Shown here in pieces: positions 12,985 through 27,270 of a stretch of DNA of 64,000 bases. Every line of letters starts with the position of its first letter. Position 1 is the stretch's first letter. A program made the position numbers and the translations under genes. The stretch is from positions 33,914,001-33,978,000 of the forward strand of contig NC_043007.1 of assembly GCF_006345805.1 (NCBI RefSeq), given 5' to 3'. Origin of the DNA: Octopus sinensis. Lineage: Eukaryota. The notes beneath the pieces are model-generated. The model did not search any database, was not told where the DNA came from, and saw nothing but the letters and a program-made list of their open reading frames with translations.

Positions 12985-13136
12985 AGATAGATAGATAGAT
13001 AGATAGATAGATGGATGGTAGATAGATAGATGATAGATAGATAGATAGATAGATGAGATGGATAGATAGATAGATGGATAGATAGATAAATAGATAGATA
13101 AATAGATGTATGGATAGATAGATAAATAGATGTATG

Positions 13137-13211
<75 letters not shown>

Positions 13212-13212
13212 G
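12931..13212. repeat. (GATA)n microsatellite, flank of LINE 5' truncation
   Basis: Direct observation. Confidence 0.95.
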
Positions 13213-13939
13213 ACGGGCTTTCATACAGTTTCCGCCCTCTAAATTCGGATTTATAGCAGAAGACACTTGCCCAAGATGCTCCACTGTGGGAGAGAACATG
13301 AGACTACATGGTTACATCGGAGCTTTTATTTTTATTCACTTATATATTTGGTCTTGTTTTAAGACTGTTGGAACTATTATGAGCGAGTGATTTGGTTGTT
13401 ATTTCTAGCCTGTCGAGTGTCTACATAAAAGCTTATGCATTATGTTCTATAATAAGTAGTGTAGTAAATACAGCGTCTTCTACAGAAGAAAATGTGTGTG
13501 TGTGTTTGTGTGTGTGTCTGTGTGTGTGCATGTGTTTGTGTGTTTCTTTGAAGCAGAAATCGATATTTATTTTAAAAATCATCAAAAGAAATCAATACTT
13601 GTGAAAGTTGTACTAAACGACATTGTCCCATTTATCCAGAAACTCTGAACAGGTAGAGACGGAGTTGCAGGAGGAATAGTCATTGCACTCGAGCAGTTTA
13701 AAGCTCCAGCTACGCCTTTTCTAATACTATTCACCTATCCATGAACATCATACAAGCTCCTTTTTACACAACAGAAGTATTTCGAACGAACGAGGAGGAT
13801 CCTCTACATGGTCGCTCATCCTATTAGAAACAACAGCCACATTACCCTTAAATCCTGCCGTTTGCTTGAATGCAAGCCGTCCTATAATATATGGGTTCTC
13901 AACTGGTTTTTATCCAGCTAACTGGTTTCTTCTGCAGTC

Positions 13940-14059
13940 CAACAGTGGAAGACATTGAGCAAATGCCTTCATCTATAGTCCAGGACCAACAAATGCCTTG
14001 TGAATGAATTTCGTAGCTGGAAACTGTGTGGCAGCCCGTTGCATACGCGTGTGTGTGTA

Positions 14060-14124
<65 letters not shown>

Positions 14125-14305
14125 TCTGTCTTTGTAGTAGTCCCTACCACCGCTTGACAACCGGTGTTGGATTATTTATATTTCCATAGTCTAGAAGTCC
14201 GGCCAAAAAATACCAATAGAATAAGATGAGACATGAAAAATAAAAAGAACTGGTGTCACCTTGTTCTACTAAATACTTCAAGGCTGTGCCAAGCAAGGCC
14301 ACAGA
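13940..14305 (+). mobile_element. Old, diverged family A-like SINE
   Basis: GACCAACAAATGCCTTGTGAATGAATTT, GCTTGACAACCGGTGTTGG, ATAGAATAAG landmarks in family A order with internal (TG)n(AG)n. Confidence 0.6.
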
Positions 14306-14333
14306 GGGAAAGGTAAAAAATGCAAAAAGTAAT

Positions 14334-14462
14334 TTATTTCTTTATTGCCCACAGGGGGCTAAACATAGAGCAGACAAACAAGGACAGACAAAGGGATTAA
14401 GTCGATTACATCTACCCAGTCCGTAAGTGGTACTTATTTAATCGACCCCGAAAGGATGAAAG
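14334..14462 (-). mobile_element. SINE family B, 3' part
   Basis: TATTTCTTTATTGCCCACAGGGGGCTAAACA...ATCGACCCCGAAAGGATGAAAG. Confidence 0.82.
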
Positions 14463-15062
14463 ACAGTAATTGAAAAGGCACTCCTAATGAGTAGAAACAA
14501 TCATTAACGTAATTAGGACATTTTAGGGGAAGTGAAGGAATTTCAATTAAAGAAAATGAATTTTCAAAAAATACAATATAAGGAGGGAACACGTCCGATT
14601 TTTGGTCGTCGTCATGTCGAAGAAATAAATGCGATATGATCTGTGAAGGCCAAGAGTTTGAAGTGGTTGACGGAAAAATCCTATTTGAAATTTATTTGTT
14701 TCAGGGATTTGAAAAGGAGAAATGAAACAGATAAAGTGTTCTGAAGTGAAGTAAACTGAAATAGTGACTGAATCGGCGGCCTAGGAACTCAGTTTGGAAA
14801 GAGATTAATTCTTGTGGTTGTGTTCTATACAACATGTCAATATCCATATCTATATCTACGTATACTCTTTCTTCTCTCGATTCGTATGTGTGTGACACAC
14901 ACATACACGCACGCGCACACAGACACACATATATATATAGATATATATACATGTATATATGTAAATATAGGAATACATACATCCATATAAACATACATGC
15001 GTATGCACATATATACAAAATCGCGCGCATACATACATTCATGCATACTTAAGTATGTGTGT

Positions 15063-15097
15063 ATAGATAGATAGATAGATAGATAGATGGCTGGATG

Positions 15098-15130
<33 letters not shown>

Positions 15131-15169
15131 ATAGTTCGATAGATAGATAATAAATAGATGGATGGATAG

Positions 15170-15225
<56 letters not shown>

Positions 15226-15226
15226 T

Positions 15227-15261
<35 letters not shown>

Positions 15262-15333
15262 TTAGATAGATAGATAGTAGATAGATAGATAGATAGATAA
15301 ATAGTTAGATAGATAGATAGATAGATAAATAGT

Positions 15334-15402
<69 letters not shown>

Positions 15403-15410
15403 CATGGATG

Positions 15411-15451
<41 letters not shown>

Positions 15452-15469
15452 ATAGATAAATAGATAGAA

Positions 15470-15545
<76 letters not shown>

Positions 15546-15553
15546 CATGGATG

Positions 15554-15610
<57 letters not shown>

Positions 15611-15680
15611 ATAGATAAATAGATAGAAAGATAGATAGATAGACAGACAGACAGATAGATAGATAGATAGAAGGATAGAT
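15063..15680. repeat. Long imperfect (GATA)n array
   Basis: ~620 bp of GATA/GACA units with a repeated variant block (GATAATAGATACATGGATGGATAG twice). Confidence 0.95.
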
Positions 15681-15829
15681 GGATATTAATTTTAAGGATA
15701 ATGTTTTAAAAGACTCTTAAGAATAACGTCAGAATATTAGCTGATGAAAGGAATCGATACAAGTTGTAGAACCAATTTTATTATGGAACTCGTTTGGGCT
15801 GCGAATTCCAATGATGCCTGAGGGATTTG

Positions 15830-15832
15830 ATA

Positions 15833-15879
<47 letters not shown>

Positions 15880-15885
15880 ACCACC

Positions 15886-15921
<36 letters not shown>

Positions 15922-15990
15922 GCTACTGCTACTACTGCTGCTGCTACCACCACCACAACCACCACCACCACAACCACCACCACCACCACC

Positions 15991-16039
<49 letters not shown>

Positions 16040-16048
16040 TACTACTAC

Positions 16049-16082
<34 letters not shown>
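15830..16082. repeat. Compound trinucleotide microsatellite (TAC/TGC/CAC/TAA)
   Basis: Direct observation; explains the poly-T/A/V/L ORFs. Confidence 0.95.
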
Positions 16083-16083
<1 letters not shown>

Positions 16084-16612
16084 TGTGGCTCTCATGGCTT
16101 CGTATCTTTAGTAATTGGAAGTGTCATCGTGTACATTGCTTTGTCTTGGTATAAAAGATGTGCTACAGCAAATATTCTGCTCAATAGTACAAATTTGATG
16201 GTCAGTTGCTTCACCTTAACCAGTTGTGGCTCAAAATATATACATCTCTGAACATCGTAGTCATGTGTTGAGAGGAATTCTTTGGGGTTTGGGTAATTCA
16301 CTTCTGGAAACATCGGTGTTTTGCTCATCATCCTTAAAACAAACTTTATTCAGGGACATTTTCAGCGGGATGGGCTACTCGATCTGACAAAAATTTTAAC
16401 TGGACTCCACCTGCAAGATCATGCGCTGTTTCTCTTCATATGAGATCACTATGTCGCGCACATATGGTTGTGATGCATGTGCCTAGTATACCCTTATCAG
16501 ACGGGTAGCCATGATGGGTATACTTGGCTTCGTATATTTTAACCCAGTGTCACTTTGATGACATGCACTCAGTAACAACAGCAACAACAACAATAATAAT
16601 AACAATATTAAC

Positions 16613-16685
<73 letters not shown>

Positions 16686-17490
16686 TAACCATATCAACAT
16701 CGTCGTCGTCGTCATGATCAATATCACAGGCAAATGCATGCTTACGCACCCCCCACATATCCACATATATATATAAAGATAGAAAGTAAGAGAGAGAAGA
16801 GAAAAAGAGAGAGGGAGAGACAAAGAGACAGAGAGAAACGTTTATGTGTGTACATATGAAGAAAATGTATGTCTTTTGGATAAAGTGTGTTATTTAGTTC
16901 CGGATCTTTGGCTACAAAATTGAACATCCAATCATAAAACACACACAAGCACACACACAACGCAAACATGAACACATCCCACACACAACAGATATACACA
17001 CATACACTTATATTGCGTTAGCATGAATTGACTAAAATCTATAATGTTACAAACGAAATACCAAAGAGAACGGCATCGACTGCATTTATCAAAGGGTGAA
17101 TATATTACCAATATTCCATTGCTTTAGTATAGTCGTCTCTAACATATTCTATCCGGAATCTCAATTCGGCCTGTTATTTCTTCTCCGTTTTGCTACTAAC
17201 GAGTGATACCAAAGGTCAGTGGATACCACATATGTGTATATATATATCAGCCTTCTAATGTTTTTAAAGTTCTAACGTACATCGATGGTTATTTGATTTT
17301 CGAAAAAAAGAGGCTTTAATCGGAATCGCCTGGTTAGAATAAATTCTCACGCACTATTTATCGTTGCCTTTCCTGTTGTCTTCAGTTGAATTTGGATGAT
17401 TGAAACTGAGTGAAGTTTGTTATGTGTCTCTGTGTATTTATAGTCAAGATGTTTACACCTCGCCATTGACTAAATTTCTATCCACGTATA

Positions 17491-17879
17491 GGAGGCGCAA
17501 TGGCCCAGTGGTTAGGGCAGCGGACTCGCGGTCATAGGATCGCGGTTTCGATTCCCAGACCGGGCGTTGTGAGTGTTTATTGAGCGAAAACACCTAAAGC
17601 TCCACGAGGCTCCGGCAGGGGACGGTGGTGATCCCTGATGTACTCTTTCACCACAACTTTCTCTCACTCTTACTTCCTGTTTCTGTTGTTCCTGTATTTC
17701 AAAGGGCCGGCCTTGTCACTCTCTGTGTCACGCTGAATCTCCTCGAGAACTACGTTAAGGGTACACATGTCTGTGGAGTGCTCAGCCACTTACACGTTAA
17801 TTTCACGAGCAGGCTGTTCCGTTGATTCGGATCAACCGGAACCCTCGTCGTCGTAACCGACGGAGTGCTTCCCCATTCC
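17491..17879 (+). mobile_element. tRNA-derived SINE family C, full length with TSD
   Basis: TGGCCCAGTGGTTAGG A box, GGTTTCGATTCCC B box; TSD ATCCACGTATA at 17480-17490 and 17880-17890. Confidence 0.93.
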
Positions 17880-17964
17880 ATCCACGTATAACTTTACAAC
17901 ACAGTATCACATTGAAGCGAAAGCTCTCAATACCCTAGCTGCGGAAATACGTTACCTGTGCAAC

Positions 17965-18122
17965 TCTTTACTTGTTTCTGTCATTTGACTGCGGCCATGC
18001 TGAAGCATTGCCTTTAGTCGAGGAGGACTTACTCTTTGGAAGTCTAGTACTTATTCTACGAACGGTTTTGTAAACACATCACCATCGGTTGTCAAGTGAT
18101 GCTGGGGGACAAACACAGACAA
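17965..18122 (-). mobile_element. SINE family A 3' half
   Basis: CTCTTTTACTTGTTTCTGTCATTTGACTGCGGCCATGCTG...GGGGACAAACACAGAC. Confidence 0.8.
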
Positions 18123-18260
18123 TCACACACACATACACACACACTCACACGCAGACCTCCGCACACGCACATATCCACACTTACACACACATTCCTCCTC
18201 CACCACTCTCCTGTCTTTGAAAATAACTTTCTTCACCCATTTCCTTCCGGTCTTTCAAAA

Positions 18261-18454
18261 TGTGACCGCGTGTGTACCGTTGGCAATTTTTTCCCTCTGT
18301 CTTCCCTTCTTTGGATCTTTCCTTCTCCTCTGTTTCCGACGAAGAGCTCCGCTCGAAGCGTTAAACCCTCCTTTCCTGAGCGTCCAATAATACTATATTT
18401 TGTCCCACGTCCTCGCGTTGTTGAGTTTTTTTGTGCTTTCTTGTTTGGATTAAC
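18261..18454 (+). mobile_element. ~200-bp Penelope-like repeat with degenerate minimal hammerhead motif
   Basis: Near-identical to 56131-56347; GTTT-CCGACGA-A-GAGC-TCC-GCTC-GAAGCGTT-AAAC at 18332-18366; ends in (TA)n. Confidence 0.7.
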
Positions 18455-18514
18455 TATATATATATATATAATCTATATATATATGTGTGGTGTGTGTGTG
18501 TGGTGTGTGTGTGT

Positions 18515-18559
<45 letters not shown>

Positions 18560-19723
18560 ATGTACGTGTATATGTTTGTTTGTCTGTGTTTGTCCCCCAG
18601 CATCACTTGACAACCGATGGTGATGTGTTTACAAAACCGTTCGTAGAATAAGTACTAGACTTCCAAAGAGTATATAGTGTGTTTCTGCCTGCGAACCCAC
18701 CTGGAAAGTCGTAGGATAAAAATCGAAATACAAGATAATCATTCAGTTCAATATACTACACTCCTTGCATCGCAAGTTCGACAACGTTTGGCAGTTCACC
18801 TCCTGGCATCTATATTATTCTTGGGTTGTACCCTCTCCTAAGAGAATTTTACCTATCTCAGGGTTCTTTCAATGAATTTATTTGACATTGTATAAATCTA
18901 TCGATTATTTTCATTTCGTCTTTGAATTCAACCTCCACAAATTTTTCTCTCTTTCTCAAATGAGTCACAGCTGCAAACCTGCAGTAAATCTGTTTTCATC
19001 CCTATATGCTTTTGTTTGTAAACTAAAACATAAATAACTCCTTCAACCTTACTATCGCCACCCAACGTTCTTTGCCATCCTTATTCCCTTAAAACCTCCA
19101 CTCTCTCACTTCTTCTAGTACACACTTTCACAATAACCATCTAACCGATATTTGAGATAATTAGACATTTCCCAAGGCGGTAAATGGGTGTGGCTTTCCT
19201 ATGGGTGACAATAGTACTACTTGCTTGAAATTGCTCTCATTAAGACTCGAAACAGAATTTCTATTTTAAATAGATAGAATTTTGTTTTGCCACCATCGGC
19301 AAGAAATATTGATTTCTAGTATAGGCAAGCAGATGTTAGCACAATTTAGTACAGTTGAGAGAATCTATTCAAAATATTTGATTTTGTACTTTATTTCATC
19401 GACCCCCACCAGCATGAAAGGCAATGATAACTTTGACAAGATTTAGAGTGAAAGGAGAAGGGAATTAAAAAGGGATACAACTGAATACTGCGGCATATTT
19501 TCAATGAAGCTCTACTCAATCTGCAATCCGATAAATTAATTTTCAAAATGGCCGATGTGAAATATCTGCCGGCTTATATTGATGCGTTTGTTAGTGTTCA
19601 TTCGAGTTCAGAAAGAGGATATATTGATGCCGAAATATTTAGCTTTTGAATTTAAGCTTCAATAATTTATTGTACATAAATATACATATATAAATTTTAT
19701 TAAATATGCTGTAAGGCTTTCTT

Positions 19724-19748
19724 GTATATACATATATATATACACACA

Positions 19749-19791
<43 letters not shown>

Positions 19792-19883
19792 ATATTATAT
19801 ATATATATAACATATATATATACATATATATATATATGTGTGTGTGTATATATGTATATATGTATATATATATATAATACATA

Positions 19884-19934
<51 letters not shown>

Positions 19935-19976
19935 TATACATATACACACACACACACATGTATATATATATATAAC

Positions 19977-20024
<48 letters not shown>

Positions 20025-20063
20025 GCATATATGAGTATTATATATATATATATATAATATATA

Positions 20064-20118
<55 letters not shown>
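19724..20118. repeat. (TA)n-rich microsatellite
   Basis: Direct observation. Confidence 0.95.
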
Positions 20119-20122
<4 letters not shown>

Positions 20123-20371
20123 GCGCGCGTGAATGTGTGTAGTCATATAGTTTATATGCAATATTTTATGGATCCAAAACAGATGAAATTAAATGAGGAC
20201 GTCGGTGGGATTTCGAAATATATTCGCAAATATTAGATAGAGAACACGTTTTTATAGCCTTTTCTTTTTCAATAATAGATGAACGAATGATGCAAAATGC
20301 AATAATATAAGTTAAATTTAAAAATACTGAATTTCAGATAAAATCTCTCTCGAACACATTTTCTATGAAAT

Positions 20372-20403
<32 letters not shown>

Positions 20404-20569
20404 ATACACATACATACATACGCACGCTCGCACGCACACAAGTACGCACGCACATCAACAAGCGTGCAAACACGAGTGAGTGAGGAAAGAGAACACTTGC
20501 TCTCACACCTTCTGTATTTTTGATGTTAAAATATTGGCCCAGTAATTTGCCCCAGTAAATATTTTCAGT

Positions 20570-20670
20570 GTGGAGGCACATGGCCTAGTGGTTAGAGCAG
20601 AGGTCTTGCGGTTTCGAATCTCAGACCGGGCGATGTGTGTGTTTATGAGCGAAAAACCTAAGCCCCACAC
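20570..20670 (+). mobile_element. SINE family C head fragment
   Basis: GTGGAGGCACATGGCCTAGTGGTTAGAGC...GGTTTCGAATCTCAGACCGGGCG. Confidence 0.75.
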
Positions 20671-20976
20671 AACAGAAGCTGTATGAGGTTGAAATATTCA
20701 TTTATGCATTACGCTTAATGTAATTATATTGCAAATGCAAATTTACTACGGTGTTCTACAAGGGATATCGCTTATGCTCCTAATTTGTTTAAAAGCACAA
20801 TGTGAGTGTGCGCGCGCGTGTTGTTTGTAACTGTAAGAGGTAGGTCAAAATTTATCCCAGTAGCTACTAATTCTTGAGACGCATTTCTGTATTGTAAGTC
20901 GTTGTTAGGAACAAGTACTCACAGTCAACCGCATGCTCAGAGGAAATTTGTTGCCACTGATATATAGCAAAATGAT

Positions 20977-21309
20977 CGATTCCCAGACCGGGCGTTGTGA
21001 GTGTTTATTGAGCGAAAACACCTAAAGCTCCACGAGGCTCCGACAGAGGGTGGTGGTGAACCCTGCTGTACTCTTTCACCACAACTTTCTCTCGCTCTTT
21101 CTTCCTGTTTCTCTTGTACCTGTATTTCAAAGGGCCAGCCTTGTCACATTCTGTGTGTCATGCTGAATCTCCTCGAGAACTACGTTAAGGGTACACGTGC
21201 ATGTGGAGCGCTCAGCCACTTGCACGTTAATATCACGAGCAAGCTGTTCCGTTGATCGTATCAGCTGGGACCCTCATCGTCGCAACCGACGGAGTGCTCC
21301 TACTACTAC
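20977..21309 (+). mobile_element. SINE family C, 5'-truncated, with TSD
   Basis: Starts within the B box; (TAC)n tail; TSD TATAGCAAAATGAT at 20963-20976 and 21310-21323. Confidence 0.9.
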
Positions 21310-22134
21310 TATAGCAAAATGATGAATGGACAATCATTGGTTGTTTAAATAGCTGTCCGTCTAATTAGTAATCCGTTTTATGTATCAGAATCATTATTAG
21401 GGTAAAATAGTCATTAGAGTATCATATTTAATGTAAATTCATCGCGGAAAACAAATTTCCTCAGGTGTTCTTCCGGGGTTTGTGTTTCTTATGAATGTGC
21501 TACCTTTAACAAACACAATATATAGCGAAAACAGGGTAAAATCGTCCTAGCAGTGTGACTGTGGTGAGATTTTTACTCAGAAGAATCAAACACCACAAGA
21601 CGACTACTCCCAATTTGTAATAGTCCTGCCAGGAATTTCTACTTTTTATCGACTCCTACTATACAGAAAACAAATTTAACCTCGGTGAGATTTTATCTCA
21701 GAGTGTCGAAATAAATATCACCAAGGATTCTATCTGACTGTAATTATTCAGCTAATTCGTCGCCAGTGACACATGCAGAGTCCACACTAGTTAGTTAAAA
21801 CAATCTCAAAACCAGCTACAAATCCTTGGATAATATTGCATCAGGAAAGACAAAGCAATGTTAAAAAACAAAAAAAGCATAACCAGCTACGTGCCACTCT
21901 GCTAGTTATCACTTCAACAACTATTATGCAACGGCATATCCATAGAGAGTTGCTCACTAAATGGATGATGCCTACTTTATACGATTATATATTATACCAA
22001 CTATAACATTAAATGACACCAAATAAATTATATTAATCTAACCTTTAAGAACAAGCGCAACCAATCCACATGAACTTTTAGTTTACGGGACATAATAAAC
22101 ACTACCTGTCTCTCAAGTTATAATTGCAAGCTGA

Positions 22135-22522
22135 GTGGAGGCGCAATGGCCCAGTGGTTAGGGCAGCGGACTCGCGGTCATAGGATCGCGGTTTCGATTC
22201 CCTGACCGGGCGTTGTGAGTATTTATTGAGCGAAAACACCTAAAGCTCCACGAGGCTCCGGCAGGGGATGGTGGTGATCCCTGCTGTACTCTTTCACCAC
22301 AACTTTCTCTCACTCTTACTTCCTGTTTCTGTTGTACCTGTATTTCAAAGGGCCGGCCTTGTCACTCTCTGTGTCACGCTGAATATCCCCGAGAACTACG
22401 TTAAGGGTACACGTGTCTGTGGAGTGCTCAGCCACTTACACGTTAATTTCACGAGCAGGCTGTTCCGTTGATTCGGATCAACCGGAACCCTCGTCGTCGT
22501 AACCGACGGAGTGCTTCCTTAA
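22135..22522 (+). mobile_element. SINE family C, full length with TSD
   Basis: Near-identical to the 17491 copy; TSD AATTGCAAGCTGA at 22122-22134 and 22523-22535. Confidence 0.93.
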
Positions 22523-23639
22523 AATTGCAAGCTGAAAGACAACGGAATTGAAAAGGCCTTGTAGTTTCGAGTTTGATAGACACTGCACATCTGTATACAA
22601 ATAGCACTAAAAGTTTTACGTTTTGCTTATTGGAACGAAATCTCATATAAAACAAGAACAAATTTTATTGAATGGTGGAAAATATGAGTTATTAACCATT
22701 CCAGACGATATTTTTAAACTAAAATCAAAAACACCGATAAGCTCGAATCCATTTGGTTTCTAAAAAGCAATCACTTCCTGACCGACAGAAAATTGTTCCA
22801 CAGCAAATATTCACGTCAGATTTTCAACACCATTCTCCTTCACTTTCGAGATTCAATGCCATATGTCTATTATATCTCTTAAACTAAATATACACTGCTG
22901 TTTGAATTTATTCGTAAAGGTAAGCTCGACGCTATTGTTTGGAATAATTGTAGTTCTGTATAAACGCATTTAGAAGCCATAATCTGTTTATGCGTGCCTT
23001 TGTGTATATGGCTTCTCCCAATTCAAAGAGAACTGATATTTATCGCAAACCACCCACAATTTTATCTATCGTCTCTATGATCTTCATTTACTCCGACAAA
23101 TTATGACTGACGAATCGCCTTGCCTGAAATTATCGGTTTGAATTATCGGTTTTATGTACACATATATATATATAGGTGCGTACACAAACACAGAAATACG
23201 TGGAGTAAGATACACGAAGAGGGAACAGGAAACTGTTATTCAAGTTAAATGGACCTATTATTGTCACACTGGTTCCGCCTGGTTTTGATAACAGAACATA
23301 TATCTACAGAATAATCAGGTACTGACATTATTACCCATGATGGATTGTATCTGTAATTGAGTAACCTAGCCGATTCCATTTTCTCTGATTCGGCGTAAGT
23401 ATTACATTGTAGTAGAGGTTTAGCACCTGGCCAGCCTTAATCAAACAAACTTATGCCCAAAAGGGTATTTCAGAAATGACCTTCACATCTTTATAATTTA
23501 TCAGGAACTATATTTTCCAATATATTCCAGTTTATTTTTATAGTTTTTAAAGAATATCTGATAAACTTTGAGGGAGACTTTGCCATTGTTATTAGCAGAA
23601 CGAGAGACCATGCTCAGTGTGTTATTCATTGTTAAAATA

Positions 23640-23835
23640 TAGGCGCAGGAGTGGCTGTGTGGTAAGTAGCTTGTTTACCAACCACATGGTTCTGGATTCA
23701 GTCCCACTGCGTGGCACCTTCGGCAAGTGTCTTCTGCTATAGCCTCGGGCCAACCAAAGCTTTGTGAGTGGATTTGGTAAACGGAAACTGAAAGCCCGTC
23801 GTATATATGCGTATATATATATGTGTGTGTGTGTG

Positions 23836-23866
<31 letters not shown>

Positions 23867-24082
23867 TTGTGTGTCTGCATTTGCCCCCCCCCCCCACATC
23901 ACTTGACAACCGATGCTCGTGTGTTCACATCCCCGTAACTTAGCGGTTCGGCAAAAGAGACAGATAGAATAAGTACTAGGCTTACAAAGAAGAAATCCTG
24001 GGGGTCGATTTGCTCGACTAAAGGCGGTGCTCCAGCATGGCCACAGTCAAATGACTGAAACAAGTAAAAGAGTAAAAGAGTA
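23640..24082 (+). mobile_element. SINE family A, full length
   Basis: TAGGCGCAGGAGTGGCTGTGTGGTAAG head, CORE-like GTGGCACCTTCGGCAAGTGTCTT, internal (TA)n(TG)n, (GTAAAAGA)n tail. Confidence 0.92.
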
Positions 24083-24208
24083 AGTGTGCGAGACTACTAT
24101 GATCAAACCTATGATCAAAGGACGTTCCAGAAATGTCCTTCACGACTATAATTGATTAGAAAGTACATTTTTTAATATCCTTTTCCTTTTTTTTTCCTTT
24201 TCCTTTTC

Positions 24209-24416
24209 CTTGTTTCAGTCATTTTGACTGCGGCCATGCTGGAGCACCGCCTTTTTTAGTCGAGCAAATCGACCCCGGGACTTATTCTTTTGGTAAGCCC
24301 AGTACTTATTCTATCGGTCTCTTTTGCCGAACCGCTAAGTAACGGGAACGTAAACACACCAGCATCGGTTGTCAAGCAATGTTAAGGGGACAAACACAGA
24401 CACACAAACACACACA

Positions 24417-24462
<46 letters not shown>

Positions 24463-24574
24463 TACGACGGGCTTCTTTCAGTTTCCGTCTACCAAATCCT
24501 CTCACAAGGCACTGGTCGACCCGGGGCTATAGCAGAAGACACTTGCCCAAGGTGCCACGCATCCACTCCTGCGC
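24209..24574 (-). mobile_element. SINE family A, internal deletion in the head
   Basis: Reverse complement of family A; CCACGCA joined directly to CCACTCCTGCGC. Confidence 0.9.
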
Positions 24575-25342
24575 GTTTAGCCTGCAGATAATATGGCAAA
24601 ATTTAAGGAAGGCTTAGCCGCTATTTCCAGCAGGTCGAGAAACCATGCAAAGTTTCATTCATTGGTAAAAGTACATGTGGGTGTGTAGAATACTCGTCCA
24701 ATTACACTATCATTCAGTAAGGAAGGAAGTGGTTTTGTTGATTGAACTACATGAATATTCATTTGTCAAAATCGAAGCGAAATGAGTGTGTATGAATGTA
24801 CAGCATTTTATGGACGTCTGTGTATGCATGTATGTGTTGGTGTGTAAGCTTATGTGTATGTATGTGTGTGTTTGTATATTTAAGTATTTGTATGTATGTG
24901 AGTGTGTCATTTTCCTAACATGTGAATGATAGCTGTTCTCTTATGAAGTCATTGATAATTCTTAAATAAATAACATCGTTATAAAGGGGAAAAAAAGTGT
25001 AAGAAAGAAAGTGGGAAGGAACGAACGGAAATACAAAGGAAGAGAGGAGGACAGTGGGAAAAATAACGAAAGAAATGGAGAAATGTATTAAGATAAAAAG
25101 GAAGAAAGATGTCAAGAACGTAAGGAGGTAAGGAAAAAAAATAAAAGAAAAAGAGCATGAAAGTAAAAGCAAAATAGGAATAAAGAAAGAGGGCCAAAAA
25201 AAAGGGAAAAGAGACAGAGGCGAAGGAAAAGAGAAAGAAGGGAAAAGAAGTTAACGATGTACATGGAAAAACAACAACTGAACACTTTGAAAAAAATAAT
25301 AAAATTATAACCAAAAAGCTTCCTAAAACTTGAAAGTAAAAG

Positions 25343-26235
<893 letters not shown>

Positions 26236-26754
26236 GAGAAATGTGAGTCAAGATAAAATTCTCAATTAATTGAATCTGGAAAAGTACAGGCCGAGAAGAA
26301 GTGGAATTTTTAAAAATATAGCAGCTGAAGTTTGTGTGGAATTTGAATTTAAATAAAATGCCTTTTCGATGGCTTCGTATGAGTAAAGGAGGGAAAAGAT
26401 TGATGAGAAAGAAAATGTGTGCCTCTAGGCAGCATGATAGTAATGTGTTTAGATTTGAAGTTCTGGTTTCGTTTCCCCGGGGCATTCTCTTGTGTATGTC
26501 AAACTGAGATCGTACCGAGGAATTTGTGCTGAATCATCTGAGAAAGATATTATTATATGTTGTGTAATTTGGAAACGGAGATTTAATTGGACAAGTTTTA
26601 TGGGAGGTATGAGTGTCTGAGTGTGTGCTGAAAGTCTCTGGGTTTCAAGAGGCTACGGGTTTGATTTCCAGAGCTTCCGGGCAATAGATTATGAATTTCT
26701 TGTCTGTTTGTCTCTAGCGGGGGTAAATAGTTAGTCTATCATTCTTTTATACAT

Positions 26755-27270
26755 TTCAGCCCAGCAGCTGTGTCCATACTGGGGCACCGCCCGTGTTATC
26801 ACCTTTTCAATGTCATTTTTTGTAACTGGCTTTTAGTTACTGGGGTATGACCTTCAAGGGCTGAGTTAAATAAATCCAACCCCTATACCTATTCTTTGAA
26901 GCCTGATACGTGCGTAATGTTCCTTTATTGAATCGCTAGTTACGGAAGCGTAAACGAACCAACACCGGTTGTCAAATATACACACAGGAACACACATACA
27001 CACACCCAAACACACACTCACAAACACTCTCACACACGAACTCACCAACACATACTCACAAGCGCGTGCCTGCATGCACGCAACCCCCAGCCTCACACAC
27101 ATACATACATACACCCTCACACATACACAGGATGGTTTTCTTTTAGTTACGATGTACCAAATTCACTCACAAAGCTCAGGTTATAGTAGTAGTCAGTTAC
27201 TCAAGCTGCCACGCAGTAGGACTGACCCAATCATGAAGCAGGAAAGCAAAATTCTTACCGCACAGCTGCA
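26755..27270 (-). mobile_element. Old family A-like SINE
   Basis: CCATACTGGGGCACCGCC, CAACACCGGTTGTCAA, ACCAAATTCACTCACAAAGCT, GCCACGCAGTAGGACTGA landmarks. Confidence 0.6.

Noticed and set aside
17491-17570. tRNA-like sequences at SINE heads
   Set aside because: No complete cloverleaf or terminator; each continues into a SINE body with TSDs, so not tRNA genes
17625-17825. Recurring 66-aa ORF MVVIPAVLFHHNFLSLLLP (also 22268, 63257)
   Set aside because: Lies inside SINE C copies; recurrence reflects repeat identity, not protein conservation
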